Part shown: positions 1-13,748 of the stretch, one piece after another | How the letters are laid out: the number at the start of each line of letters is the position of its first letter | How positions within the stretch are numbered: the stretch's first letter is position 1 | Source of the DNA: Squalus acanthias | Lineage: Eukaryota | Reading direction: 5' to 3' | Length of the DNA stretch: 64,000 nt | Assembly (NCBI GenBank): GCA_030390025.1 | Contig: CM059435.1 | Coordinates: 38,936,001 to 39,000,000, forward strand | Notes under the pieces: generated by a model | Told to the model about the DNA's origin: nothing | Databases searched by the model: none | What the model saw: the letters and a program-made list of their open reading frames with translations, nothing else | Position numbers and translations under genes: made by a program

Positions 1-2589
1 AAAAGTAATTCAGTGGTTATGAAACATTTTGAGAAGTTCTGAGGAAGCTATATCAATGAGTTCTTTTAAAAATAAACACTGCTTCACATTTCAAATGAGT
101 TTGGAATCTATGTCAGTCTCACTGATCATAAATGTCACCTAAGTGACATTTTCGCAAGTGCTACAGTTCCAAGAAAAACAATGAAATGAAAGCATAGTTT
201 AAAATGGATCTTGCTCAGTTTTTGAAAGCAAACACATACAAACTTATCACAAGGATTGCACTGTTTATAGTGCTCTTTTATCAATGTACATTCAGGATTT
301 AATACAATAAACTCTCTTAATGTTGCCTTTGGAAGCAAAGGGCACACAGTATGTTACAGTGAGGAGTCAAGTGATTTCTTTATTTGTGAAAGGACATAAA
401 CAATAACCACTGAATCCCCTTAGCATCAACTTGGTACAGTTGGAAGCACTCTTGCTAAATCAGAAGGTTGTGGGTTTAAACCCCACTGCAGACATAAGTA
501 CACACTCTAGGTTAATACTTCAGTTCATAATAACCCTGGATGCTCCTCAAAAGTAATTATATAAATGTAAGTTCTTCTTTATGGCTCAGTTTGCATATAC
601 ACCACTAGATGTATTACTGATCCAAGAAGAGTAAGGAAGTTTAAATGAGTTTCAGTTGGCCCCCTTACCCCTGGGATAAGGAGGACAAGCAATCAACCAG
701 GATTCTCACTTGTGAGCAATATCTACGGACCATTGCTGGGAAGTATGGATGGCTGGTTAGGACAGATTCTATTTGTGACACTGATTTCCCCCACCCCACC
801 CTTTGGTTGAACAGCCTACTTTTCCAACTCAGTTGAACAGCCTACTTTTAATTAGTTTAGAATGGCCATTTGCTTGAGGTAGAGGAATGCTGCAGGTGCC
901 AGTTTTACTGTATCCTAACCAAAGATACCGGAGAGAAAATAAGAGGGAGAGTAGAAGATGCTAAACTTCTGATATCAGAGTGTTTTAATAGGGGACTGTT
1001 GAATTAAAGGGATATTGTTAACTTGAAACTAAGATACATTGACAAGTTTTCAAATTAAAAAGGTGTACAGTGGTGTGTTCAATGTTGAAAAGAATGATTG
1101 CTTTACTGATAATTAATGTCTATGCCTATATTTGTTTAACTTTATAAAATGTATTTGTTTCCACACTGGTTACACAAATCCATTCATAAAGAAATACATT
1201 TCCTTACAATGCCTTCAAGCACCTATTTGAACAGTAGGTTTTTGATCTATGAACCAGGCATGCATAAAATCCAGTATTACAGCTCATGGGAAAGGAAGAA
1301 CTACATCTATGCAGCAGCGGGAAGTCGGTAGGGGGAGGTTTCAATGTTATATTAGATTGAGCAAGTGGGTGGGGAGAAGAATTGTGATTCTATGTAGAGG
1401 TTCACCAACTGTGCCCGTCACCATTCCTATTCAGAGATTCTCCTTTCACTGCTTACATTGAGTGTTGTTGCTGAACAGAACTGCAACAGATCTTTCCAGC
1501 ATAGGCACTACATGTAGGTCTTGTACCAATCTCTCTACTTTCAGTTCTCAGTTTTAATTATGGCTCTTCTTGCAATTAATATTGAGAGAACCAGCTTCAT
1601 ATTTCAGTCAGATCTATTGCCATTGGTTGGACCCCTAAAATGCCAATTGCTTGGCATATGTACTCAAGGTACTTTAGTCCACAAAGAGACATTCTTGGGA
1701 TTGTTCCATAAAACTTGTACCAAGGTCCTTACTTTCATTAGCTGGCTGTTTGTGGTATAACCATTTTTTTTCTGAGCAAATTTTAAGTTTTTCTACAAGT
1801 AGGCCAATGTTTTTAATTGGTCAAATGGCAGCATCTGTGATAGAGTTTTCTTTTGTAAAATGTGGACTGAGATAGTCAGCTGTGAAAGTGCAAATATGAC
1901 ACTGAAAAACGTAGTTACAGTACCACTTATAGAAAATTCCAGTAAACTGGTCCCTTCTTACTTGCCTCTTTCCAGACCCCAGACTCCATACTGCCTCCAT
2001 GTCCCACTTTGATCTTCGCCAGTATGTAAGGCAACAACTAAACAGTACCCTGTATGGAAGAAGGGTGGCTGCCACCATCTATATGTACCAAATTGGAGCA
2101 TGGCCAGTTCAACAATTACTGTAACTACCCATTCCCATCTTAATGTATACATTTCAATTTCTAATAATGACATTTCCTGATGGAAGGCAATGCTTTTAAA
2201 CCTTTTAAAAGGATTCAATTTAATGAAGATCTTCAGTCTCTTGATATTCTTACTAGAAACATAACAAATTAAGCATTTATATTATGTGAGGTCAATTATA
2301 AATCAGAAATGTTCATCAACCGATTCAAAAAGATTTAGTTGTTCAATCAAACTCTGTAAAATTCAGGCAAGTGTGGATCAAGCCCCTCTTTGCCCAGATT
2401 AGTCAACATTAAGCAAAACATAATATAAGCAGTTAAAGAGGAAGGATAAGAAAATAAAGAACTTGCATTCATATAGCACCTGTTACATCCTCTGGGCAGC
2501 CCAAAGCATTTCATGACCAGTGAATTATTTATGAAATGTAGTCATTGTTACATAGGCAAACACAACAGCCCATTTTATCAATGATAGCT

Positions 2590-3750
2590 GCTAATGTTAA
2601 ATTAGAGAGCATGGAAAACTGGAAGAATACAAGAGATTGCATAGACAGGTGGCAGATAGAACTTAATGTGGATTAGTGTGAAGTAATACATTTTGGGAGG
2701 AAAACAAGAAATGTGAGTGTACACTTAATGGAAAGACACTGAAGAGTGTGGGTAAACACTAACCGAGGTGTTTAAATATATAATTCTCTGAAAGTCTGGG
2801 CACAGATAGTTAAAGACGTTAAAAAGTCAACAGCATTTTGTGTTTTATAAGTAGGGGCATTGCGTACAGGAGTAACTATTAATTTGTACAAAATACTTTT
2901 TAGGCCACAGTTAAGAGTGTGCAATTTTACATACAATTACATAGAAAGTACAGCACAGAAACAAGCCATTTGGCCTCTGCCGGTGTTTATGCTCCACACA
3001 AACATCCTCCTATGCTACTACATCTAACCCTATCAGCATATTCTTCTATTCCTTTCTCCATCACATATTTATCTAGCTTCCCCTTAAATGCATCTATGCT
3101 ATTTGCCTCAACTACTCCTTGTGGGAGTGAGTTCCACATTCCAACCACTCTGTGGATAAAGAAGTTTCTCCTGGAATTCCCTATTGGATTTATTACTGGC
3201 CCCTAGTTTTGGTCTCCCCCACAAATGAAAACATATTCCTTTACTATATATATCATCTATAATGGTGACTCATTATAGAAAGGACATTAAAGCCATTGAG
3301 TGTCCAGTGTGATCCCAGGGATGGGAAACTATAGTTCTGAGGAGACTTGAGATACTGGGACTATATCCACTGAAGCAGAGACAGTTAAGAGATTTAATAG
3401 ATTTGATGGAGGTTTTAAAATTATGAAGGGTTTTGAGAGAGTGAATAGGAAAAGACAATTTCCTTTGGTTGGACAGTCAGTGACAAGGAGTCATCAATTT
3501 AAAATTGTCACTAAGAGTGAGGAGAGGTTAGGATACATTTCTATATGCAGAGGGTTGTTGGAGCATAGAATGCCTTGCTCCAAGAGTGGTTGAGACAAAG
3601 ACCATTGCATTTTTAAGGAAAAATTAGATAAATATTTGAAGATACAAGGCTATGGGATGAGATCAGGATAGTGGGATCAGTTTTGGATTGCCCGAGCAAA
3701 GATAAGATGGTGCAAATTACCTTCTGTGCTGTAAATTTCTATGGTACTAA
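2590..3750 (+). mobile_element. Old CR1 fragment interrupted by an oppositely oriented CR1 3' end (about 2940-3240)
   Basis: Degenerate nucleotide similarity to the CR1 copy at 16005-16934 on the plus strand, with an inverted 3' piece in the middle. Confidence 0.7.
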
Positions 3751-4439
3751 GACATAGACAGGTTAATGGGATGGACAGGCACATTGCAGATGCAGTTCAA
3801 TGCAGTGAAATGTGAGATAGTACATGATGGGGAAAAAGTGAACTGATGGATACCTCAAACCAGGACTGTGCAACCATTTGGAGTTGGGGGCTGGATATGT
3901 GTCTAAACCAGAGTGGCCTGTTATACTTACAATTACACAATAATGCAAGCCCCCATACATTAAAAAAGCAAGGTTTTCCCATACACAAAACAAGCAAAAC
4001 CATGTGAGGAAGCCATCTTCCCCCCCACTCACCCTTTCCCCTCTTTGGTTCCAGTCTCCCTTCTCCCCGATTTTGGCTACATTCTACCTCAACCCCAAAG
4101 CCTGGTTCTCCTCTTGTTCTTCCTCCATCTTACTGCCCCCTCCCAAAGCCCACTTCAAATTCTTCTGTGAACATGGACAGCAGGAGTGATCAGATTGGGG
4201 CCACTAATACAGCACAGGGAGTGGGAGAGAATGTTTTAGCTCTTTACAATTGCTGTGCTTGGAGAACCGATAAAGACTTTGATGAGTGGTGGATTTTGAC
4301 CAATTAGAGACTAGCCTTATTCAGTCCTCTGGGCACAGGAACTTTAGCTTGGAAGGACTAAAATCAGCTTTGTGCACAAGCTTCACAGGTCAGATCAAAG
4401 AAACCTATGGTCTGCATTTCAATGGTGTCTCGGACACCC

Positions 4440-5140
4440 ACACTCTAAACAGCAAGACTCTTAACAGAGCTGAGGAACAAAAAGATCAAGTGGTACAGAT
4501 TCATAAATCTCTAACGATGGGTGTGCAGGTAAAAAGGGTAAATGGGATTCTGGGTTCTATATAAAGGGGTACTGAATAGAAAAGCAAAGAATTGGCATTG
4601 AATTTGTACAAGACATTGGCTAGCCCAAAGCTAGATATTATTATGTGTAGTTCTGGCCATCCCATTTTGGGAAGGATATTGAAACCATGGAAAGAATACA
4701 GTGAGGATTCACTGGAATACCAGTTATAACGGGTTATAGTTAGGAAGAAACGCTCAATTAATTTTTTAACACTAGAGCAGAGGTTAAGGGAGAAATCTAA
4801 TAGAGATTTTCAAAATCATGAAAGGTTTTGGGAGGGCAAGGAATCAGATGGTTTCTACTGGTCGGTGAATTGGCAACAAAGAGGCATAGATTCAGGATCA
4901 TCAGTAGAAAAATGAAGGGGGAAGTTAGAAGAAATGTTTTTACAGCCGAGTTATTACAACTTGGGATGCTTTCCTACAGCGACAAAAGCATCATTCAAAG
5001 GGGAATTGGATAACTATTTGAAAAATAATATAAGAGAATATGGGGAATGGGCAAGGGGATGGGATTAGACCAAAATGCTTCAGTTGAAGATTTGGCACCA
5101 GTGCAGGTACAATGTGCTGAATGCCTCCCTTTTTGCTGCC
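4440..5140 (+). mobile_element. Old CR1 fragment
   Basis: Degenerate similarity to the CR1 ORF2 end (VNGILG, KRHRFRI, RRNVFT). Confidence 0.7.
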
Positions 5141-6550
5141 AATTTATGATTTACCTGTCCAACAATAATTGATGTAAACTTTAGCACCTCAGTACACTTG
5201 AGTGAATTACAATCTATATTCACAACTAACCTTACTTCTAAACAACTCCTCCCAATTGAACAAAAAAAAACCCTCAAACACACTCCATATAATCTCTACA
5301 TCCTCAAATCCAGGATTTTTCTCATGTTGCAATCACTGGGTTTGTGCTGTTAGGTGATCTTAGCCAGGACAGTGCTGTTATTATTGGCCTCATTGCCAAG
5401 TGTTTGAAGCTAGGGGGAGGGGAGGAATAGAGAGAAAGAAAAAAAAATCAGCCAAAGTTCCCACTCCTGATGGCTGTACAGCTTGTACTGGAAGTGAATG
5501 TATTGGTGCCAGGATTGGATTTGGCTGTGATGCCCTCCAAAGTCAGATAAGCTGCCAGCATTCAACGTCATGCTTCGTACATGAACAATGGCTACTTGGA
5601 TGAGGTACTGGAGGGGGAGTGGCACCTGTGAAACTGTATGCCAGAGAGAGTCAACATCCTAGAGAGGATGGAATGAGAGAAATATTGAAGAAAAACATTT
5701 AATCATAATCAACCACTCTGTATAGAATAATCCATTTATAAAACATTCATCTTCAAATGCCAAATAGAAACCTTAGTCTTTCGTATTCTACCACCAGATA
5801 TAATTGGCTCCACAGCTTACACTAAGCTACAGCTGAGTTCAGCTGCAGACATGAGCACCTCGAGGACCCAGCCTACAGAAGAGAACTGTTGGTTATACAG
5901 CACAAACTTCTAAGTGCGCTGGGCAGCTTGCCAGCAAGCTTTCATACAATGGCAGAGAGCACGAAGGGCAATCTACGACAATATGGAGCTACTCAAGGCC
6001 GTCTACCACGGTCATGTCAGGTGTCTTCAATGGAAGTCGGCAGCCTTCCACCTCCTTTGCTGTAGCCACTGGGGATGCACCGCATAGGAGCACTAGAATA
6101 GGTAAGAGAGCATTGGAATACGCATAAGACAGGGACCAGGGCTTTGCACAAGGGTGATTTTTAGTTCTCTATGTTCAGTATAAACAACTGTCAAATGAAG
6201 AGTGAAATATCTTGGTATATTAAACTTTTTTTTCTTGGATAGAGGGCTTGGTCTGGTACAGGAGCACACAGGGCCATGTGGGTACAGTCGATGGCCCCTG
6301 CACCTGAGGAAATCCATCAAATATTGCAAAGCCCAACACACTCTCCTCCTGCTTGGCAGCATCTATTGGGAAGATGATGAATTCCTGGGACCTAGCAAAC
6401 AGTGCACCAGTGGCATCCCTGGAATTTTCCAAAGGCCAAAGAAACTGACAAGGTGGTTAGGGAATAGGTTCTGACACACTAATGGAATAAATTTGCCACA
6501 TTATGCAATACATCTACTAATATGTAAAGGAGGTGTATTCATTATATTCC

Positions 6551-7935
6551 AAAAACAACTTCCACATATATAGCACCTTTAACAGAATAAAAATCCCCAA
6601 GGCGCTTCACAGAAGTATAAATCAGACAAAAATCAATGTCGAGTTAAAGGAGATGTTAGGAAGGGTAACTAAAAGCTTGGTGAGTTTTTAAGGAAGATCT
6701 TTAAAGTAACAAAGGGAGGCGCAGAGGTAGCGGTATGGGAGGAAATTCATGAGCTTATGGAGTAGATTGCTGAAGGCACGAGTGCCTATGGTGAGGTGAA
6801 TGGAGTGGGAGATGCACAAGAGACCAAAGTTGGAGGAACAGAGAGAGGGGGGGACAAGGCTATGCAGGGATTTAAACAGGAGGGTAAGAATTTTAAGTTT
6901 TGCTTTCAGTCCCCTAATTAACATCTGCAAGCACAAGGGTGATGGGTGAATAGGAGTTGGTGTGGGTTAGGATACGAGCAGGAGAATTTTGGATGAGCTG
7001 AAGTTTAGGAGGTTTGAAGATGGGATTCCAGGCATTGGAATGCTCATGTCTGGAGGTGACAAAGGCATGGATGGGGGTTTTGGCAACCAGTTGGGCTGAG
7101 GCAGGGGCGGAGACCGGGCAATGTTATGGAGCTGGAAGTAGGTTGTCTTTGTGATGGGGAAAAAAACTCAACTCAGGGTCAAATAGGATGCTTGGGTTTT
7201 GAACAAATCAGATTCAATCCGAGACAGTAACTAGAGAGGGGGGGATGAAATGGATGGTGAAGGTAACAGAGTTTGTGGCAAGGGCCAAAGACAATGGCTT
7301 TGGCCTTCCCAATGTTTAACGGGAGGAAATTGTGGCTCATCTAGGACTGATGTCCGTCCAACAAGCAGTTTCACAACAGATAGGCAGTGGAAGGGTCAAA
7401 AGAGGTGGTGGAGAAGAATAGTTGGGGATCATCAGCATACATGTGGAACTGGACATTTTGTCTTTGGATGGTGTCGCCAAGGGGCAGCATGCAGACAAGG
7501 AAGAGGAGAGGTCCAAGGATAGATCCTTGGGGGACTCCAGAGGCAACAGTGTGGGAACAGGAAGAGAAGCCATTGCTGGAGATGCTCCAACTACAATTGG
7601 ATAGGTAAGAATGGAACCAAGCGAGGGTCATCCCACTCAGCTAGACAGCGGAAGAGAGGCATTGGAGGAGAATGGTATAGTCAACTGTGTCAAAGGCTGT
7701 AGAGTTTGAGAAGCACCATGGTCACAGTCACAGAGGATGTTATTTGTGACTATGCTTAGGGCTATTTCAGTGCTCTGGCAGGGTAGAAACCAGATTGGAG
7801 AGATTCAAACATGGAGTCGTGGGAAAGATGGGCATGGAGTTGGGAAGTGACAACCCATTCAAGGACATGAGAGAGAATGGTTGGAGATTGGCTGTTAGTT
7901 TGCAAGGACAGAGGGTTGCGGCTGGGTTTATCTTT
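6551..7935 (-). mobile_element. L2-clade LINE fragment
   Basis: LAWFHSYLS, GVPQGSILGPLLF and HMYADD RT motifs (ORF 7371..7631), KILTLLFKSLH, and an L2-type 3' tail at about 6551-6610. Confidence 0.88.
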
Positions 7936-9882
7936 GAAGAGGAGAGGGTTGAAAAACAGGTATGTAATATGTTCAGAAATGTTAATATGTTATACAGTAG
8001 TTCAGATCTTTTGACTTGGAATAGTTCCTCAGCCCGATTTTAAATTCCATGTTTGGGTATGCAAATTCAAGACAATTCACTCTTTCCCCACATTTTTTTT
8101 TTCCTCTTTTGAACACACTCATGCTGAGGTAGTGTTAGACAGCTGCAGCCCTCCAGGTTCTCAATCAAGTAGCCATTCTTAATGGGAGAACTCCAGACAC
8201 AATTTTGTGAAGCTATTCAAGAGTGGTGGTGGGTTGTTTTTTTTTTTTAGGGGTGGGGCGGGCAGCAGGGTTGGAGCCCTGATATCAAACAGGAGCTTTC
8301 CAGCAGCAGAGACTGGACAAATTTCAGGAGACTGATTTTTTTGTCCTCTCTTGGCACTGGGGTGTAGCAAACTGTAGTACCCCTAGTCCAGCCGAGCGGA
8401 GATCAGCAAGCTCAGCAGACAGGGAAATAGACTTGGGGCATTCTGTTGTATGTGGTTCAGCACTGCAATGGCAGTGCCTACCAAGCCATCAATGGATCTA
8501 TGCTTAAAATACAACAAAGATCATCATTAGTAGCTGGACTTGTGTGCCCTGTGCTGCCACAATGACACTCCAAAATGGACACAATGGATAACAAACATCA
8601 CAGCAGTTCTACCACATAATCCCTACAATATAAGATACAACTTGGAAGTGTTATTTCAAAAAATCTTCCTGCTGCCATCACATACCAAATCACAGCATAA
8701 CTTAAAACCACATTGCACAAAATGAGCTGGTTTCCTAGTGATTTTAAAACACTAATTCATTGAAATAAACAGAAACTTGACATCAGCCATGGAGGAAGGA
8801 TTGCAAGATTTGGAAATACAGTATCCTTTGAACTTAGAAACTATGTTAATTGTATTTTCTAGTCCAATGTAAAAAGGAAAGCAACTTTGAATTGGAGTGT
8901 AATCTGAAAGTCAGATTTTCAAGACATAAAAACGTGCACCAAAGTGGAACTCAAGGTAGCGTATCCCTTATCTGTGAAAAAGTTGTTTACTTAAAATAAA
9001 ATGAACTTCATTTACCTCAGATCTACAACTGCACAGATACAATATCAGCACTTATAATGAATAAAGACAAAGCATATAGGGCTCCCTTAATGGGTAATGC
9101 ACAAGGTATATTACTGAGCTATGCATACTAGTCATATCCCACACTCAATCCATGTCTGTGCAGTTAGAAAATCTCAACCAGGGCAGCAGAATCTGCACGC
9201 CAACCCAATAATCAATTTTCATAGCATAAAATTGTCTAAAGAAATGGCAATAAACAATCTTAGAGAGACCATTAATTTAACAGTGGGCAAATTAAAGCTA
9301 CACACCTCTGGTAGATAAACAAAGTCACTGGCAACAATTACAAGTTCAGGTGTAACACTGATCCATTTAAGAACGTACATCTAACAAATGACTAGTGATC
9401 ATAGGATGAATAGTCATAAGGGCTGACGTATGCTTTTTACAACGAGCAGCTGCTTACTCATGAGCTTCTTGTGCAGTCTCCCCCTTTGTACTGATCTGTA
9501 CTGTTGAACTCCTGAATGAACACTTTTTACCTGCAAGATGGCTATTTAGAGACACATCACGGCCAAGCCAGATTCCATCTTCACTTTATGGTCATACATG
9601 TGCACTTTAGCAAGACCCAGAAGAGTGCGATCCCTTGCTAATTTTTCTCTCCTTTGCCCAGGGACACTGAAGCAAACTAGTGGCCGCACAACTGCTACGG
9701 GCGAGATCAGCTAATGGGAAGGATCAAACCTGGGACTTTCTACTACATACACACTATTAGGTTGTCATAGTAGAGATCAGTATTGATTACTGGTTTGAAT
9801 GTTCGGATTGTGATTTGTAATTAGTTTTGTACATGAATAACAAAGATAACCACATCTGTGACTGTGACAATGCTATCCTGCA

Positions 9883-9888
9883 TTTATT
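9883..9888 (-). terminator. Candidate distal polyadenylation signal of SALL4
   Basis: AATAAA followed by a GT-rich tract (tgtggttatctttgttatt). It closes a 2.3-kb stretch with no recognisable repeats, and SINE sequence resumes just beyond it. Confidence 0.45.
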
Positions 9889-11975
9889 CCCGTATGCCAG
9901 AAAGAAAAATCAAGTTTACATTCAGTAGATGTACTAAAGAGAGCCACTAAAACATTCATGAAAAGACAGCATATTCAAGGCATCAGCAACATGATGTAAC
10001 AAAAGATCCATTTTTCATGTAAACCATATAGATTCTGCAGATTCAGTTACCCTTGTATCAGTCCATTTACATGTGAAAGCACCATGAAAAACATTGTGGT
10101 AAACTGAAATCATAAAAGGCCAAAGTGAAGCAGTCATTTTGGAACTTCAAAAGAAAACAACACTGCACTGAAATAGTAGCTTACTCTTCCATGTAGGCAT
10201 TGAAATTTTACTCAAGCTACCAAGTCCCAAAGTATTCCAGCTGCAAAGCAAGAGGCGGTGTCCATTTTGTTCAGCACTCCAGTTGTACATTCAGTGTTAA
10301 ACTATAGCACGCAGAAAAGTCAGAGATTTCTTTTTAAAAACTGTTTGTGATGCTCCCAAATCTCTGTCGACAAAAAACTTGGTCCATTTACTGATGTAAC
10401 CGTTGTCCAACTGCACAAGGTATCTACTTCAAGCCAGTTCATTTTACAACAAAATTGTGGTCATATTCTACAAAAAGTAACCAGTATGACCAAAACAAAA
10501 AAAAATTAAAAATAATTAAACACAAAAAAAAGTAAATTAGAAAGTGAGGTAGTTAACAAAATTACTTCAAGTTCTGGGGCCCACCCTCCCCACTTCCCTC
10601 ATATGCTACACGTGGGTCTCCTTTGGCTAAAGCACAAATGGTGTACCATCCACAAATTAAACAAGTAACCTGGTTAAAACCAACCAAGGTAGGCAATGTT
10701 TAATCAATCAAGAATGCACTCTTGTTTTATCAGTATTAAGCATTAGAAAAAGTCAATATCTCATTTAATGCTGTGACCTGCTGGTTTCTCTAGTTTACTT
10801 TAAAAAAAATGCAAGTAACAATTTTTTAAAGGGGCACAAATATCATTCTTTGTAACATGGGCAGGTACTGAATTCTCCCAGATCTCAAATTCCAATTGTA
10901 GCAATTGTGTGAAAATGTAAAAATGACTGGGTTTATAAGGAGTTGCACCTCTTGCCACCACCCCGCCCCCCCCAAAACCAAAAATATAGTGAGACCAAAT
11001 CTTAAGATCATTAATTTAGAATATAAGACAGTGCATTATTTTATAAATTACAAAAAATCCTATTACTGTAATTAGTTTCAACCAAGTCCTTAAACATCTG
11101 TACAGAAAAGGGATTTTTGTTTTGCTACACATTTTTTCCCCTTTCCCCTCATCATCTTCTCCAAAAGGCACCAACTCATGCTGGATTATGGTTCTGTAGA
11201 TGCCTGCTGGCCTCTGTACTTTGCCCAAATTGCCATTCTTTACATGCTAGTGTTGGCTACTTGTCTGGAGGACATTATAGCTGTGCCCAATCCTGCCCTC
11301 ACCCAATATCTACACACACTCTTTCCAGATGTTACTGGACTGTGTTACTGGCTGTTTGTTTCTGCCTCTCCAGCACAGAGGCACTGAGGCCAATTATAGT
11401 GCTGCAACTACAACTTCTGCTGAAAATCAGCTAATTTATTCGTTTCCCCTGCCCCCCATTTATGTGGTTCAGTTCCACAATTGGCAGAAGTTCCTAGCTG
11501 ATTGAGGAGTCTGCAACCTGTTTTATTAGCTATTATAATCTTGGACTGAAGTTAATCCCAAGTAAAATTAAGCAATTTAATTTATTGAGTATGTAGTCTT
11601 ATAAATGCATCTTTTATCTGGGATTTTATTTAAAACAAGAGTTCATTCAAGATTTTTTAAAGAAACAGTTGTCATTGAATTCTAAACAGATGGCACCAAT
11701 TGACATTCTAGAACAGTTACCCGCATAAATGGTTTTAATGTATAAACAGTAAATACAAATACACACATTCTCAGACAAATCTCTATAGTAGTTTATGGAA
11801 ATGATTCATTTCAATTTCTACTCATTATTTCAAAACTAGCACTAATTACAGAATTTGTTTCAATCTTTGGATTCATAAGGATTTTGTAGTAAAAATTCTT
11901 GAGAAAGAGGCTGTACACTTCAAATATTGTAAACTCAAAGTCAATATTGTAAACGCTTCACTTTGCAAGACCCGC

Positions 11976-11989
11976 TTTATTATTTTATT
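11976..11989 (-). terminator. Candidate proximal polyadenylation signals of SALL4 (two AATAAA)
   Basis: Minus strand reads AATAAAATAATAAA about 245 nt after the stop codon. Confidence 0.5.
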
Positions 11990-12230
11990 CTTTAGATAAA
12001 TCCCAGAGTTTTATACACTAAATTTGCAAAGCAATGATTGTACTCATAACATAAATTCAGGAGGTACCCAGCAGTTTTGTTAGAGACAGCTACAGTAAAA
12101 AATCTATTTTACATATTTGGGGATTATATGAAAATAGTAGCCCATATTGAGGTCTGTGGTTGTTTTTCATAAAACCTAAAACTAAAATCTACTCTACCCT
12201 GCACTTTTTCTACAGAATGTCTTTTTTTCT

Positions 12231-12656
12231 TTAATTAACAGCTATTTTGCTTTCTTCCACAAAATGGTGGAAGCGAGGTGTTGCAACACTTTCAGAACTA
12301 GGTTTTTCCTCATCAGCGATTGCTGGGCTAATGCCAGACTGGGATGCATCCACTTTGGAAACTGCAGTGCTGGTGCTCACAACAGAACCGCTTGCCACAC
12401 TAACTGTGATAGGAGGAATACCACCATTCTGAATCACCGAGATCTCATTGGTTTTCAAAGCTAAGCCATTGGTAAGCACAGTGGTGTACTGGTTCCAGAC
12501 GGTTGGTTCAATATTCATTGCAGGAGCCATTAGATCCTTTGGGAACATCTCAGAGATCTTCTTTGGGTCATTGCCAATCAGTATCATAGGACTGTCTAGT
12601 GAAAGACGTCGCCCACGTCTGGCTGAATTATTCCACATGTGAGTTCCAACGTGGAC
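12231..12656 (-). CDS. SALL4: SALL4 coding exon 4 (end of last finger and C-terminus)
   Basis: Acceptor ttgtag|GTC at 12656. VHVGTHMWNNSARRGRRL...VWNQY...LALKTNEISVIQ...HFVEESKIAVN* completes the finger split across intron 3. The C-terminus and the 4-exon layout match SALL4 rather than SALL1/3. Confidence 0.96.
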   Translation of the reverse strand, partial: VHVGTHMWNNSARRGRRLSLDSPMILIGNDPKKISEMFPKDLMAPAMNIEPTVWNQYTTVLTNGLALKTNEISVIQNGGIPPITVSVASGSVVSTSTAVSKVDASQSGISPAIADEEKPSSESVATPRFHHFVEESKIAVN

Positions 12657-13348
12657 CTACAATACAAAAAGTAAAATACATCTTAGTTGTTTATTATTAA
12701 AGTGGTCAGGTTGTGCAATCCAACTGTAGAGTTTCAGCATCAAGCACTCCCTGGTCAGGATTAATTTAAATGCAGCTTAAGAGTTCCCTTTAGACTGCAA
12801 CAACCTTCTTTCTCCTCCCTCCCCAAGAAACATGCACTCAAGAGCTATTCCTCTATTGATATTTCCATATTAGCTACAAACAGTTACTGTACTAGATCAA
12901 CAGCATTCACTACCCCCTCGACTCACTGCAAAGGCTCACAGTAGCAGGCTTTTTGACTACGGGGGTGGGGAAGAGGAGAGGAGGGCGTAACACTACTGAG
13001 CCATAACTCTTCACCCAACATCCACACATAGGCACTGTCTAGCATTGGTCACTGGATATCAATAAAAAGGAACAAAAAAAAAAAAACTTTGCTTTTCCCC
13101 CTCTCCCAGAGCACAGGAGCACTTAAGTGAATTCTGCCTCTACTACCACCACCACACAGATCAGTGAATTCAGCACAGACCAGAGATCAAACCTGTGACT
13201 TTTTAATGTCCATACTGCCCAGTACCATATTAGGCAGTGCATTTACCCACTGAAATATTGGTTGGAAACTTTCCCAGATTTTAATGAAAGCGTTGTTTCA
13301 GCAAGATGCATGCTAGGCTCGCCTGAACCATCTGCTATTGCAAATATT

Positions 13349-13694
13349 GGCCTGGATTTTGCGATGATAATGATGTGGCTAACTTTTTTTTTTAACTTTT
13401 TCTGTCCGTCTCTTCATCTCTTTTTTAATCCCATCGGTCTTTCCCAATCTTTAATTTGCTTTCTGTACATGATTTAAATCTAATTTATACTTCCTTGTTT
13501 AGATTCTGCGTGTCTCAGTGAGGATTCTTCAATCTCAACCCTGCTCACAGACCCGCTGTAGAGGACGCTGCGCTGGATCAGATGTTGGATTAGTGCAAAT
13601 CTACGCTGAGAAACCCGAGAAATCTTTGTGGGCAGCAGTCAGCGAGGTGAACGACGAGTGCCGTTCCTTCGCCGCGGACAGCAAAATCCGGGCC
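13349..13694. mobile_element. MITE (non-autonomous, Harbinger-like) in SALL4 intron 3
   Basis: TIR GGCCYGGATTTTGC (13/14), exact 3-bp TSD ATT on both sides, CpG-retaining interior. Confidence 0.75.
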
Positions 13695-13748
13695 ATTACT
13701 TAGACTTTAACAAGTACTGTAGCATTTTTCTCAATCTGAACAAGTTAC

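Noticed and set aside
430-500. tRNA-like A/B boxes
   Set aside because: SINE head joined to a SINE tail; no complete cloverleaf.
806-849. 18-bp direct repeat GTTGAACAGCCTACTTTT
   Set aside because: Only two units inside an old SINE; a local slippage duplication, not an array.
5960-6080. Possible RTE/L1 RT relic (LLKAVY..., STSFAVATG)
   Set aside because: Similarity is too short and weak to support without a search.
1-9800. Exons of the expected syntenic neighbours (ATP9A downstream; ZFP64 upstream at the other end)
   Set aside because: No recognisable coding exon seen by eye; very short exons could have been missed.
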